In this document: positions 11,301 to 20,015 of the stretch, piece after piece
Numbering within the stretch: position 1 is the first letter of the stretch
Layout: each line of letters opens with the position of its first letter
Origin: Candidatus Omnitrophota bacterium
GTDB lineage: Bacteria > Omnitrophota > Gorgyraeia > Zapsychrales > JAKLDJ01
Direction of reading: 5' to 3'
Assembly (NCBI GenBank): GCA_022703585.1
Contig: JAKLDJ010000002.1
Span: 219,413-283,412 of the forward strand
Length of the DNA stretch: 64,000 bases
The notes under the pieces: model-generated
Databases searched by the model: none
Seen by the model: the letters and a program-made list of their open reading frames with translations, nothing else
Told to the model about the DNA's origin: nothing
Program-made: the position numbers and the translations under genes

Positions 11301-11914
11301 GCGCGATGCGCCGCCACCAAATCATCGTTGATCATAAAACGGATATCTTCGTCGTTGAGTTGTTCAATCTTTAAGGTCTCGTGAGAAGTCCTAAAGCCGT
11401 CAAAGAAATGCAGGAAAGGAACACGAGCCTCTAATGTCGCTGCCTGGGAAATAAGGGCAAAATCCATAACCTCCTGGACGGAGTTTGAGGATAGCAGGGC
11501 AAAACCCGTGCCTCGAACTGCCATTACATCGGCATGGTCACCAAAGATCGATAACGCATGTGCTGCTAAAGAGCGCGCCGCGATATGAAAAACCGTCGAA
11601 GTAAGCTCCCCGGCAATTTTATACATGTTGGGGATCATCAAAAGAAGCCCCTGGGATGCGGTAAAGGTGGTTGTCATAGCCCCGGTTTGAAGCGCGCCGT
11701 GAACCGCGCCCGCGGCGCCGGCCTCGCTTTGCATCTCTTGAACCAGAGGAGTCGTTCCCCAGATATTCTTTTTATCCTGGGCTGCCCATTCATCCGCCCA
11801 TTCACCCATATTAGAAGAAGGCGTAATCGGATAAATCGCAATGACTTCGTTGACCCTAAATGCTACATAAGCCGCTGCCTCATTACCATCAAGCGTTACT
11901 TTCTTTCTGTCCAT
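8324..11914 (-). CDS. nifJ: Pyruvate:ferredoxin (flavodoxin) oxidoreductase, single-polypeptide PFOR.
   Basis: The 1196-aa ORF has a TPP domain, two [4Fe-4S] CxxCxxCxxxCP motifs and an N-terminal [34 protein letters not shown], all hallmarks of NifJ/Por. Confidence 0.95.
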   Translation of the reverse strand: MDRKKVTLDGNEAAAYVAFRVNEVIAIYPITPSSNMGEWADEWAAQDKKNIWGTTPLVQEMQSEAGAAGAVHGALQTGAMTTTFTASQGLLLMIPNMYKIAGELTSTVFHIAARSLAAHALSIFGDHADVMAVRGTGFALLSSNSVQEVMDFALISQAATLEARVPFLHFFDGFRTSHETLKIEQLNDEDIRFMINDDLVAAHRARALTPDRPVMRGTAQNPDVYFQARETINPYYDACPEIVQKAMDKFAGLTGRAYKLFDYYGAPDAESVIVMMGSGAGAAQETVDYLIKKNQKVGLLKVRLYRPFSIKHFIAALPKTVKTLAVLDRTKEPGSIGEPLYLDVVNALVEGGEAGGFKKLPKVIGGRYGLSSKEFTPAMVKGVYDEMAKAKPKNHFTVGINDDVSHTSLDYDPGFSTEPDDVVRCLFYGLGSDGTVSANKNSIKIIGEDTPNYAQGYFVYDSKKSGSITVSHLRFGPKPINSTYLINRANFIGCHLFVFLEKYDILKDIVEKGTFLLNSPFGADEVWDKLPRVAQEQIIKKKLKFFVIDGYKVAKDTGMGGRMNTIMQTCFFAISGILPKDEAIEAIKKSIKKTYGKKGDEIVKMNFNAVDQTLANLHEVKVPAKVTSTIELKPPVVKEAPEFVQKVTGEIIAGRGDDLAVSSMPADGTFPTGTAQWEKRNIALEIPVWDEKVCIQCGKCSLVCPHAVIRGKAYDPKYLTGAPATFKSVDAKDKEWAGKKFTIQVSPEDCTGCALCVDTCPAKNKSDTKLKAINMRPQPPLREEESKNWKFFFNIPDLDRNLVKAGAIRQMQVLRPLFEFSGACAGCGETPYLKLMSQLFGDRAVVANATGCSSIYGGNLPTTPYTKNCEGRGPAWSNSLFEDCAEFGFGFRLSIDKQKEFAGELLKKMESQLGGELVSALLSADQKTEAGIFEQRERVKILKEKLKDIKSADAKMLLSVADMLVKKSVWIIGGDGWAYDIGFGGLDHVIASDRNVNILVLDTEVYSNTGGQMSKSTSRSAVAKFAAGGKPLPKKDLARIAMTYGHVYVAAVAMGARDEHTLRSFLEAEAYEGPSLIIAYSHCIAHGINMTTGMQNQKAAVQSGYWPLFRYNPMLAREGKNPLQLDSSEPKMPLADYIYTENRFKMLTKSKPEEAKRLLELAQKDVNERWRIYSGLAAMPGAGATPAANPATEQKT

Positions 11915-12014
11915 GTTGTGTGTCCCATCCTTAGGTTTTAGTTTTTGAATATTTTTCTGTAAGTTGAACCCGGATTAAGCGTGAGTGCTTCGAGGTGAAG
12001 ACAATTTTGGCGCT

Positions 12015-12040
12015 CTGGGCGGCCCGAAGGGCCGCCCCAG
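12015..12040. repeat. GC-rich perfect hairpin (ctgggcggccc gaa gggccgccccag) in the divergent PFOR/MEDS intergenic region.
   Basis: An 11-bp perfect inverted repeat. The same GGGCGGCCC/GGGCCGCCC stem recurs at 17319-17343. Confidence 0.6.
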
Positions 12041-12202
12041 GCCTGATTATCTTGCTTGAGGGAGTAATTATAACAGAAAGGCTCCATGCTGACAAGACAT
12101 AAAAAATCACCCGTCTTTAGCCTCCAGCCACCCAGCCCTCTCCAACAGCCCTAAGCTAGTTTTAGCAGCCGGTTATTTCCGCAAAATTGTAAATGATAAA
12201 AC

Positions 12203-12233
12203 TTGATAAATCTTCTTAAAAAAGGTATATAAT
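12203..12233 (+). promoter_or_regulatory. Strong sigma70 promoter (TTGATA, 17 nt spacer, TATATAAT) for the MEDS gene.
   Basis: The sequence reads cttgataaatcttcttaaaaaaggtatataatat, about 27 nt upstream of the ATG at 12260. Confidence 0.6.
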
Positions 12234-12259
12234 ATATCGGTAATAAGTTTTGGTGAATT

Positions 12260-12823
12260 ATGGTCGATCATAAACATACTTGTCTGTTCTATCGCACAAA
12301 AGACGAACTTATCGAAATCGCCGTCCCCTTCCTGCAATCCGGCCTTGCCAACCACGAATTTTGTCTTTGGACACTCCCGTCTTTGCTATCGACAGACGAA
12401 GCCGCGTCAGCGCTAAGCCAAGCTGTCGGCAGTCTTGAGCCGTACCTGGATAAAGGACAGCTGGAAATCAGCACGGCGATAGACTACTATTTGAAGTCCA
12501 GGACATTTACAGCCTATGAGATGATTGAACACTGGAGGGAAAAGGAAAAAGAGGTTGCTGCCCGCGGCTTTGCAGGAATTAGCGCCATAGGCGATGGCGG
12601 CTGGGGTGCCGAGGAGTATTGGATTAATCTTCTATTTTATGAACATGATATCGAAAGCATCATTGACAATAGCAAAATGAAAGCCATCTGCACCTATCAG
12701 CTTAACCAGTTTGATATTACCAAAATCAACGCCATCGGACGCACCCACCACGCTGCGCTGGCCAAAAGTCAGGACCAGTGGAATATCTACAGCCCGAAAG
12801 ACTTCAAAGACTTCGCAATGTAA
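12260..12823 (+). CDS. Stand-alone MEDS-domain protein (methanogen/methylotroph DcmR sensory domain).
   Basis: The N-terminal HTCLFYRTKDELIEIAVPFLQSGL matches the HxCxFY signature of MEDS domains. The protein is 187 aa with no output domain. Confidence 0.65.
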   Translation: MVDHKHTCLFYRTKDELIEIAVPFLQSGLANHEFCLWTLPSLLSTDEAASALSQAVGSLEPYLDKGQLEISTAIDYYLKSRTFTAYEMIEHWREKEKEVAARGFAGISAIGDGGWGAEEYWINLLFYEHDIESIIDNSKMKAICTYQLNQFDITKINAIGRTHHAALAKSQDQWNIYSPKDFKDFAM

Positions 12824-12906
12824 TTGTAGCAGTCATCAAAAAAGGAATAACCTCAAACTCACGTGGGGCCTATTCCCAGATTATTATCCGGTGTCTGCGG
12901 TTTGCC

Positions 12907-13149
12907 CTACTCCACGTCAAACGATACCAATTCCACCCGCCAGCCCGGGAACATAACGACTTCGATTTTAGCGCCTTCCAGCATCGTTCCTTTGGCAAGG
13001 ATAGAAAAAGTTTCCTTAAACGAGCCTTCCATCACGCCCGTGTACTGCCCGACCTTGACCACCACCTTGGTAACTTTTTTAGCCCCTTCTTTCTTGGCGT
13101 GCTCGGTAATGCCGTCAATAATAGGCTGAATCATGTGGGTTTCATGCAT
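12907..13149 (-). CDS. hypA: HypA-like hydrogenase nickel-incorporation protein. It keeps the N-terminal Ni-binding domain only; the C-terminal zinc finger is missing.
   Basis: MHETHMIQPIIDGITEHAKKEGAKKVTKVVVKVGQYTGVMEGSFKETFSILAKGTMLEGAKIEV aligns with HypA residues 1-70 (MHE motif), but the ORF stops at 80 aa with no CxxC pairs. It overlaps the protease gene by 8 nt. Confidence 0.7.
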   Translation of the reverse strand: MHETHMIQPIIDGITEHAKKEGAKKVTKVVVKVGQYTGVMEGSFKETFSILAKGTMLEGAKIEVVMFPGWRVELVSFDVE

Positions 13150-13603
13150 GGGTCAATTCTCCGATTAGTTTCTCCGCCATCTCAAGCGTCTTTTTAACAC
13201 TCTGCGTCATCTCACTCCCGATTTCAATGTCCTGCGGCTGAACACCGAACATATAAATGGCAGCCGATGTCTGCGTTTGCAGATACTCCAAGAACATCTT
13301 TGGCGAAATATCGTGCGTGGTCAAACCGCTTTTTAGAATCTCTTCCTTGCCTAAAATCTCACAGGCACCCGGCGCCATTCCCAAATGCACAGCATCTACG
13401 ATCAAAATCGTGTCCGGGTTTCCTTTAACTATTTTTCCGACAAAACTTTCAGGCGTTGTTCCCGCATCAATACAAACCGCCGGGATTTTTCCGTTGAGTC
13501 TCTGAATCAGCTCCGGGCCAAAGGCATCGTCACCGCGCAAAATATTACCCACGCCGACGATAACAATCCTGCCTTTTAAAATATCTTTAAGGGAATTCTT
13601 CAT
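13142..13603 (-). CDS. Hydrogenase maturation endopeptidase (HycI/HyaD family).
   Basis: The 153-aa ORF has the VGVGNILRGDDAFG motif of hydrogenase C-terminal processing proteases. Confidence 0.85.
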   Translation of the reverse strand: MKNSLKDILKGRIVIVGVGNILRGDDAFGPELIQRLNGKIPAVCIDAGTTPESFVGKIVKGNPDTILIVDAVHLGMAPGACEILGKEEILKSGLTTHDISPKMFLEYLQTQTSAAIYMFGVQPQDIEIGSEMTQSVKKTLEMAEKLIGELTHA

Positions 13604-13635
13604 TTCAGAAAATTATTCAGAAAAGACGGCGTTAA

Positions 13636-14256
13636 CTATTTCGTTGTCAGGGTTGTTTTTCTGCGGCACGGGGCACAAAGAATTTTGACTCTGTCGGAAC
13701 GGCCGTAATCTTTAAGGGCGGAAACAAGATTATCATCGACAATACCCAGGTTTTTAAGCCGCGACAGGTACAAGGTGGGACTGGAATAGGTCAGCTCTCC
13801 CAATCTTTCAGAAATCCATTTTAAATGGTCCTTGCAGGCAATCGGATCCCCACAGACTTCGCATAACTGCAGTTCTTTTTCAATGGTCTCAAAGGATTCC
13901 TTTTTGCGGTCAAAGAAAGAAAGTTCCCACTTGTTTGAAGTTTTAATCCCCTCGTGATTAGAAATGCACGCCGCCTCGCACTGGCCGCAAAAGATGCAGA
14001 TATCCGTATAGTGAATCATGATACGTTTGGCGCTTCCGGCGCGATCGGATAAATCCTTGTGGCTAATCGCCCCAACGGGACAAACCTCCTGGCAGGCCAA
14101 GCACCCGACGCACTTATCCTGATTAAACTCATACTGGCCCCTAAAGTTCGGATGAGGAACATGCGGCTCTTTCGGGAACTTAGCGGTATAGGGCCCTTGA
14201 AAAAGCGCTTTAACCGCCTCAATAATTTCTCTTATTTTAGGCAACTTTATTCTCAT
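13636..14256 (-). CDS. 2x[4Fe-4S] ferredoxin-like subunit of the hydrogenase (MbhN/EchF/NuoI-like).
   Basis: It has CVGCLACQEVCP and CIFCGQCEAAC motifs and is the last structural gene of the Mbh operon. Confidence 0.8.
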   Translation of the reverse strand: MRIKLPKIREIIEAVKALFQGPYTAKFPKEPHVPHPNFRGQYEFNQDKCVGCLACQEVCPVGAISHKDLSDRAGSAKRIMIHYTDICIFCGQCEAACISNHEGIKTSNKWELSFFDRKKESFETIEKELQLCEVCGDPIACKDHLKWISERLGELTYSSPTLYLSRLKNLGIVDDNLVSALKDYGRSDRVKILCAPCRRKTTLTTK

Positions 14257-14588
14257 GCTTCCCCTTCTCTATCTTCGGCATATTGATCGACAACGCTTCC
14301 CTGCCAAAGCTTTACCCCGGCCCGGTGCGCTCCGCGTGACAAGGCATGCGCTAAAACCGGAGCGGTCAAAAGCAAAAATGACATGCACAAAAGCGACTTC
14401 ATCCCCGCGGCGGTAAATCCCATCATCAGGAAAACCCCAAATAGGATACTGCAGGTGCCGGCCGTCACGCATTTGGTAGCGGCCTGCAATCGGTTATAGA
14501 TATCCGGCAGGCGGACAAGGCCCAGACAGCCCAACAGATCAAAGAAAAGACCAATGCCGATAAAAATCAAACCTAATGTACTATTCAT
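14253..14588 (-). CDS. Mrp antiporter subunit G-like membrane protein. The ORF extends to 14657; the likely start MNSTLG is at 14588.
   Basis: A small three-TM protein following the MrpE and MrpF homologs. It overlaps mrpF by 8 nt. Confidence 0.7.
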   Translation of the reverse strand: MNSTLGLIFIGIGLFFDLLGCLGLVRLPDIYNRLQAATKCVTAGTCSILFGVFLMMGFTAAGMKSLLCMSFLLLTAPVLAHALSRGAHRAGVKLWQGSVVDQYAEDREGEA

Positions 14589-14949
14589 CAAACCCTTTTC
14601 CTTCCAGATATTTTGAAAGCGCCAAAATGCTGATAAAACCCTGCAGCGCCCAGGCAATGCCGATATCGATATACCACATCCGTCCCGTGGAAATAGTTAA
14701 AATCGCGCACAAGCCCACGATCATAATTCCTAAAATATCCACCGCCACAATCCTGTCCGCTCCCGTGGGGCCCTTCCAGACCCGGTAAAGGCACAGCAGG
14801 CACGCCAGGATAATGATATACATGGCCCTGCCCATAAATTCTAAATGCGGTAAGTCCGGATAAAAGAGAAACGGCATCGGCCGCACAATAATTAAAGTAA
14901 CCACAGCCGTTAGCGCTACCGCACCGATAAACCATCTGACGATTTTCAT
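14581..14949 (-). CDS. Mrp antiporter subunit F-like (MnhF family).
   Basis: The 122-aa hydrophobic protein carries a DRIVAVD motif. Confidence 0.7.
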   Translation of the reverse strand: MKIVRWFIGAVALTAVVTLIIVRPMPFLFYPDLPHLEFMGRAMYIIILACLLCLYRVWKGPTGADRIVAVDILGIMIVGLCAILTISTGRMWYIDIGIAWALQGFISILALSKYLEGKGFDE

Positions 14950-14958
14950 AAAATATCC

Positions 14959-15456
14959 CTAGTCAAAAATCTTGGTTAATATTCTTTCAAAGCGCCCCAC
15001 CACCAATTTGGTCGCCGCTTCCATATCTTGAGTCTTCACATCGATCCAATGCACATAAAGAATACCTGCCTCACGGTCAATATCCACGACCATCGTTCCA
15101 GGGGTGAGCGTTATCGAACAGCACAAAAATGTCAAAGCCACGTCTGACTTTAGAGTCGTTTTAACCTTAACAATGCCGGGATTAATCGGCAGCCGGGGGT
15201 GTAAAACCCGGATGGCCACGTCAATGTTGGTTTTGACTAATTCCCAGAAAAATATAGGCACATAGCAAAATATAAAATACCACCAGCGGTGAGGATGGCT
15301 AAATCCCGCAGCGCCTTTGGTAAACAGATCCGCCACGATAAAATCAACGAACGCCGCCACCAAGACGCCCACGGTAATATGCTGCCAGTCCGGCGGCCAG
15401 TTTAGGACGCACCAGGTAATAAGACCGACAATGAATAAAACGATTCTTTTTGCCAT
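14959..15456 (-). CDS. Mrp antiporter subunit E-like (MnhE family).
   Basis: The 165-aa ORF has the SITLTPGT motif characteristic of MrpE. Confidence 0.75.
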   Translation of the reverse strand: MAKRIVLFIVGLITWCVLNWPPDWQHITVGVLVAAFVDFIVADLFTKGAAGFSHPHRWWYFIFCYVPIFFWELVKTNIDVAIRVLHPRLPINPGIVKVKTTLKSDVALTFLCCSITLTPGTMVVDIDREAGILYVHWIDVKTQDMEAATKLVVGRFERILTKIFD

Positions 15457-15459
15457 AGT

Positions 15460-16962
15460 CTAAATATGCTGTAAAACCGCAATAAGGTAATCCGCGCTTT
15501 CCGTCATGACGCCAACGGCCTGATTTAAGAAAACGTTTTGGATTCCCGGGATAAGTAAAAGCCCGCCGACCGAGGTTATTAAAGCCAAGGTGATCAAAGA
15601 GAATTTCATCAAAAATGGAACTTCAATAATCTTCTCTAACCCCACCCGTACATCACCCCAAAATGTACATTTCATAGCCTTTAAGAAAGCAGCCAGAGTT
15701 AAGACGCTGGCCACAATTGCCCAAACGGCAGGCCACAACTGCCCCGCCTCGACTGCCGCAAGAATAATAATCAATTTGCTCCAGAAACCTGCAAAAGGCG
15801 GAACCCCCGAAATCGACATGGTGCCGATAATGCTTGTCATGCCGGTGACGGGCATTTTTTTCATCAGCCCTCCCAATTTTTTCATGTCGCGCGTTCCGGT
15901 TGCATATTCAACGGCACCGGCACCTAAAAATAAAAGCGATTTGAATACCGAGTGGTTAAAAAGATGGAACAGGCTTCCCAGAATACTTAACGGCGTTCCG
16001 ATGCCAAAGCCTAAAATAATATAACCCATCTGGCTTATGGATGAATACGCATAAAGCCTTTTTAAATCCCATTGGCCGATCGCTAGAAACCCGCCCACCA
16101 CCATCGAGATGCAGCCTAAAACCATCAGGATCGAGGCTATCGCCGGGGTTACACCGATGACATTACCGAATATTCGAAATATGGTATAAATCCCCAGCGA
16201 TTTAATGAGAACCCCGGACAGCATCGCCGATATAGGTGCCGGAGCGCTGGGGTGCGCATCGGGAAGCCAGGCATGAAAAGGCACCAGGGCTGATTTTAGG
16301 CCAAAACCCATAACAAATAAAACACTGACCAAAAGAATGATATTGCTCGAACCCTTTTGTGCCAATACCGCGGCAATATCAGCCATATTTAAAGTGGAGG
16401 TAAAGCCGTACAGCAGGGCAATGCCCATCAGAACAAATAATGACCCCAAAGTGCTCATGAGCGCATATTTAAAAGCCGCCTCCAACTCATGGCGCTCGAC
16501 GCCAAAGGCAACCAAGGCAAAACTGGCAATGGCGGCGATTTCTAGAAACACGAATAAATTAAAAATATCCCCGGTAACAATAACCCCGTTCATCCCGCCC
16601 AACATCAGAAGAAACAGAGTAAAGAATTTCCATTTAGAAGTAAAATGCTCCATGTATTTAACCGAATAAATCGCAATCATGAGCGCGACCAGATTAACCG
16701 TTACTAACATGAACGCCGTTAGTCCGTCTAAGACCATAGCGATACCGATAGGCGGTTTCCAGGCCCCCACACTATAAACAAGAATGTGGTATTCATTAAC
16801 GAGCTTAAGCGCAAAAAGCGCCGCAATAAAAAGGCCTGCCGTAGATAAAACTCCTAGAAAGTCCGCAAGCCATTTAAGCTTTCGCCCCCCTATGGAAATC
16901 ATAAAAGCGCCGGCTAGCGGCACAATAACGAAAATAGGAATAATGTTGACGGCGGTCGTCAT
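15460..16962 (-). CDS. NuoM/MrpD-like antiporter-type membrane subunit of the hydrogenase.
   Basis: The 500-aa polytopic protein has the conserved proton-pumping-subunit segment SQMGYIILGFGIGT...FHLFNHSVFKSLLFL. Confidence 0.85.
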   Translation of the reverse strand: MTTAVNIIPIFVIVPLAGAFMISIGGRKLKWLADFLGVLSTAGLFIAALFALKLVNEYHILVYSVGAWKPPIGIAMVLDGLTAFMLVTVNLVALMIAIYSVKYMEHFTSKWKFFTLFLLMLGGMNGVIVTGDIFNLFVFLEIAAIASFALVAFGVERHELEAAFKYALMSTLGSLFVLMGIALLYGFTSTLNMADIAAVLAQKGSSNIILLVSVLFVMGFGLKSALVPFHAWLPDAHPSAPAPISAMLSGVLIKSLGIYTIFRIFGNVIGVTPAIASILMVLGCISMVVGGFLAIGQWDLKRLYAYSSISQMGYIILGFGIGTPLSILGSLFHLFNHSVFKSLLFLGAGAVEYATGTRDMKKLGGLMKKMPVTGMTSIIGTMSISGVPPFAGFWSKLIIILAAVEAGQLWPAVWAIVASVLTLAAFLKAMKCTFWGDVRVGLEKIIEVPFLMKFSLITLALITSVGGLLLIPGIQNVFLNQAVGVMTESADYLIAVLQHI

Positions 16963-17297
16963 CCTCTCAAGTCCCTTATCTTGGTGATATCGAACGTTCC
17001 GTATTTCTCGAAAATCCTCATGGCGAGCGCGATCAAAATAACGGTCGTGGCCAAGCCGATAACGATTGAGGTTAAAACAACCGCCTGCGGAAGCGCATCC
17101 ACCATATTGGTAATTTCGGCGTTAGGCGAATAGATCGGCGCACGGCCTTCTATGCGGTAGGCGATCAGGATAAAAAACAGGTTAACCGCGTACTCGGCAA
17201 TAATGACGCCAATGATAATCTTGATAATATTGCGCTTACGCAAAATCCCGTAAAGCCCTACCGAGAAAAACGAAAGGCATAATAGATAAATAGCCAT
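16959..17297 (-). CDS. MrpC/NuoK-like small membrane subunit.
   Basis: A 112-aa protein with three TM helices and gene order consistent with Mrp subunit C. Confidence 0.7.
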   Translation of the reverse strand: MAIYLLCLSFFSVGLYGILRKRNIIKIIIGVIIAEYAVNLFFILIAYRIEGRAPIYSPNAEITNMVDALPQAVVLTSIVIGLATTVILIALAMRIFEKYGTFDITKIRDLRG

Positions 17298-17318
17298 GAT
17301 TTTATTTTCCTGTTTCTC

Positions 17319-17343
17319 CGGGGCGGCCCTCCGGGCCGCCCCG
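17319..17343. repeat. Intra-operonic GC-rich perfect hairpin (cggggcggccc tcc gggccgccccg) between the mrpB-like and mrpC-like genes.
   Basis: An 11-bp stem, sharing its stem sequence with the hairpin at 12015-12040. It sits about 20 nt upstream of the mrpC-like ATG at 17297. Confidence 0.6.
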
Positions 17344-17350
17344 ACAATCC

Positions 17351-17812
17351 TTATTCCTTCTTGTTTTTTTCCGGCTCGTATTTCAATAGAACAAACGCCA
17401 CAAAAATAGCAAAAATCCCCGCGCCGACTTTAAGACTGATAGCCAGATTCAAAAGCGGTATTGTCCCGGCGCTAAACAGATGAAACGGCTCACCCTTGGC
17501 AATGAAATTTAAAAAGAAATATCCTCCGGTAAAACCTAAAAGAGCAATGCTTAATAAAATCAATGCCCCCAAATTTTCAAAAAATGACGTCACCGCTTTA
17601 GGAAGTTTGCTTAAAGCCGTATCCTTCCCGTACGCCAGCATGAGATTAATAAAAGACAAGGCAATAATGACCCCGCCGGCAAATCCTCCCCCCGGCGAAA
17701 CATGACCGTGAGAAAGAATATAAATCCCGTAAAGAAGGATAAACCCGACCGTTAATCTCGCCGTAGTCCTGACGATAACAGACATCCCTGTTTGGCGCTC
17801 TTTACTGCTCAT
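17351..17812 (-). CDS. MrpB (MnhB-domain) membrane protein, MbhF-like.
   Basis: LSHGHVSPGGGFAGG is the MnhB family signature. Confidence 0.75.
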   Translation of the reverse strand: MSSKERQTGMSVIVRTTARLTVGFILLYGIYILSHGHVSPGGGFAGGVIIALSFINLMLAYGKDTALSKLPKAVTSFFENLGALILLSIALLGFTGGYFFLNFIAKGEPFHLFSAGTIPLLNLAISLKVGAGIFAIFVAFVLLKYEPEKNKKE

Positions 17813-18353
17813 CGTTTTCCTCGATCACCTGGTTTTCTTTCTTTCTTCCGGTGCGCCGAACAATAGACATGACACCGACAACCGCCGTAAATAAAACCGT
17901 GGCCTCGCAGAGCGTATCAAAAGCCCTGTAATCAAGGATGATCGAAGCCACCACATTGGTCGCGCCGGTCTGCAGAAGGCCTTCCTTAATATACGTCGCA
18001 GATACCCTCATTAGAGGAGACCCAAACACCGGTAGATCTTTTAGGCATTTTGCCGCCACGGTCAAAAATGTCGCCACAAACGACACGACGACTATCGTAT
18101 TAAAAAACCAGCGGCCTGAAATTGAAAACGGCAAATCGGTTTTTAGCGTTGCCCGGATGAGAATAATCAGCGCTAGCGTTTCAACCACCAGCTGGGTAAT
18201 AGCCACATCCGGGGCTTTAAGAATAATAAATGTCATCGAAAGGCCCAAGCCCACCGCGCCCAAGGCCACAACCGACGACAAAAGATCCTTGGCCTCCAGC
18301 GCAATCACCGCGCCGATGATCATGAATATTAACAGTATGTATAATTCGACCAT
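17802..18353 (-). CDS. MrpA-C-terminal/MrpB-like membrane protein (fused MbhD/MbhE-like).
   Basis: It carries the APDVAITQ and ILDYRAFDTLCE motifs (DUF4040/MnhB domain). Confidence 0.7.
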   Translation of the reverse strand: MVELYILLIFMIIGAVIALEAKDLLSSVVALGAVGLGLSMTFIILKAPDVAITQLVVETLALIILIRATLKTDLPFSISGRWFFNTIVVVSFVATFLTVAAKCLKDLPVFGSPLMRVSATYIKEGLLQTGATNVVASIILDYRAFDTLCEATVLFTAVVGVMSIVRRTGRKKENQVIEENDEQ

Positions 18354-18365
18354 GTTCTTGAGGAG

Positions 18366-20015
18366 TTATTTAAACACAACATAAAAAATAGCCAGCATAC
18401 CCAAAAGACACCAGACCAGATACGTAGGAAGGACACCGTTATGCAAAAACCGCAAGGTCGCGGTAAAACCCGACGCTATCTTCCCTCCCACCTCATAAAT
18501 ATCAAATAGTTTCTTTCCGGCTAACCGATAAATAAATTTTAAAATCCCGACGTCCTGGATGGTATTATAAAATTCAACTCCCGATAACCGCATATCGGCA
18601 TTCTTTTCTAAGAACTCGCCGCCGACAAAAGACTCTGTCCGGCGCGTTTTTGCCATTCGGCCTAGAAAATAAATAATAGCGCCCAAGACGATTGCCAAGA
18701 GAATTAATGTCGTAGCAATTCCAGAATTCCACACGCCGTCAAATGCTACGCCCTCGTTTAAGCTGGGGAAGATAAACATCGTTAAAGGCACCGCATAAGC
18801 AAAAACACCGAAGATAATGCAGAAAACCGCTAGTAATACCGCCGGAAAAAGCATGGTAATGCCGACTTCTTGTTTTTTGTTACCGGCAATAGCCCTTTCG
18901 TTCGAAGGCTGACCCAAAAATATCGCGTGAACCAGTTTCATGAAACTCGCCAATGTCAAAGCACTGCCGAACATCGCCGCCATGAGCCAGACGATCCACC
19001 ATCCGCCGCCATTTTTTCCGAGCTCGATAATCCCCTGATAGATCATCCATTTCGAAGCAAACCCGTTAAAAGGCGGAACGCCCGAGATCGCCAGCGACCC
19101 GATTAAAAATGTTATAAACGTAATCGGCATGACTTTGACAAGCCCGCCCAGCTTCTCCAGGTCCGTTGTCCCGGCCTTTTTTTCCACAGCGCCGCCCGAC
19201 AAAAACAAGCAGGATTTGTAAATCGCATGGTTAAGCATATGGAATATCCCGCCGGCAATACCGAGTGGATTTCCCGTGCCGATCCCTAAAACCATATAAC
19301 CGACCTGGCTGACCGCATGGTAGCCTAAAAGCCGTTTGAGATCGTGTTGTACCAGCGCCATCATAACCGCCGCCACGATCGTAAAGCTTCCTACTCCCAT
19401 CAAAAACATATTCATGGCATCGTTCATCTGAAATATATCCAAAGAAATCCGTCCCAGGAAATAAATCCCCAGGAGCTTATCCAGCGACGCCGGTAAAAAC
19501 GCGGTCACGGGTGTCGGCGCATCCTCGGCCATATCCGGTATCCAGGTGTGAAACGGCATAGCCCCGGCTTTGGCAAATGCACCGATGGCCAATAAAAGAT
19601 ACGCGAGAATAGCAAACTTATTATCGAGCGTAATCGCCAATTCATCCATTTGAAAAGAACCGTTGATAAGCCAAATAAGGGCAACCCCCAAGAGCATGAA
19701 CGCATCTGTTCCTCCGACGATAATCAAAGATTTCCTGGCGGTAGCCGAGGTGCGTTCTTTATTTCCGAATTCAATCAAAAGATAGAGTAAAAACCCTAAA
19801 AATCCCCAAAAGACCACGAAGACAACAAGATTATTGGCAAAGATAGCGCCCAAAGAAGAAATAAGCGTGAGCGCTATATAAAGGTAGTAACGCGCTAATC
19901 CCTTTTGGCCGCGCATGAAGCCGAAAGAATAAACAGCGATTAACACCGTAAAGAACGCGGCAAATGTCCCCACGAAAGCGGAAAAATTGTCAACCTTAAA
20001 CAATTCGCCTAACAT
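18366..20015 (-). CDS. NuoL/MrpA/HyfB-like antiporter-type membrane subunit.
   Basis: The 549-aa polytopic protein has the conserved segment SQVGYMVLGIGTGNPLGIAGGIFHMLNHAIYKSCLF. Confidence 0.85.
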   Translation of the reverse strand: MLGELFKVDNFSAFVGTFAAFFTVLIAVYSFGFMRGQKGLARYYLYIALTLISSLGAIFANNLVVFVVFWGFLGFLLYLLIEFGNKERTSATARKSLIIVGGTDAFMLLGVALIWLINGSFQMDELAITLDNKFAILAYLLLAIGAFAKAGAMPFHTWIPDMAEDAPTPVTAFLPASLDKLLGIYFLGRISLDIFQMNDAMNMFLMGVGSFTIVAAVMMALVQHDLKRLLGYHAVSQVGYMVLGIGTGNPLGIAGGIFHMLNHAIYKSCLFLSGGAVEKKAGTTDLEKLGGLVKVMPITFITFLIGSLAISGVPPFNGFASKWMIYQGIIELGKNGGGWWIVWLMAAMFGSALTLASFMKLVHAIFLGQPSNERAIAGNKKQEVGITMLFPAVLLAVFCIIFGVFAYAVPLTMFIFPSLNEGVAFDGVWNSGIATTLILLAIVLGAIIYFLGRMAKTRRTESFVGGEFLEKNADMRLSGVEFYNTIQDVGILKFIYRLAGKKLFDIYEVGGKIASGFTATLRFLHNGVLPTYLVWCLLGMLAIFYVVFK

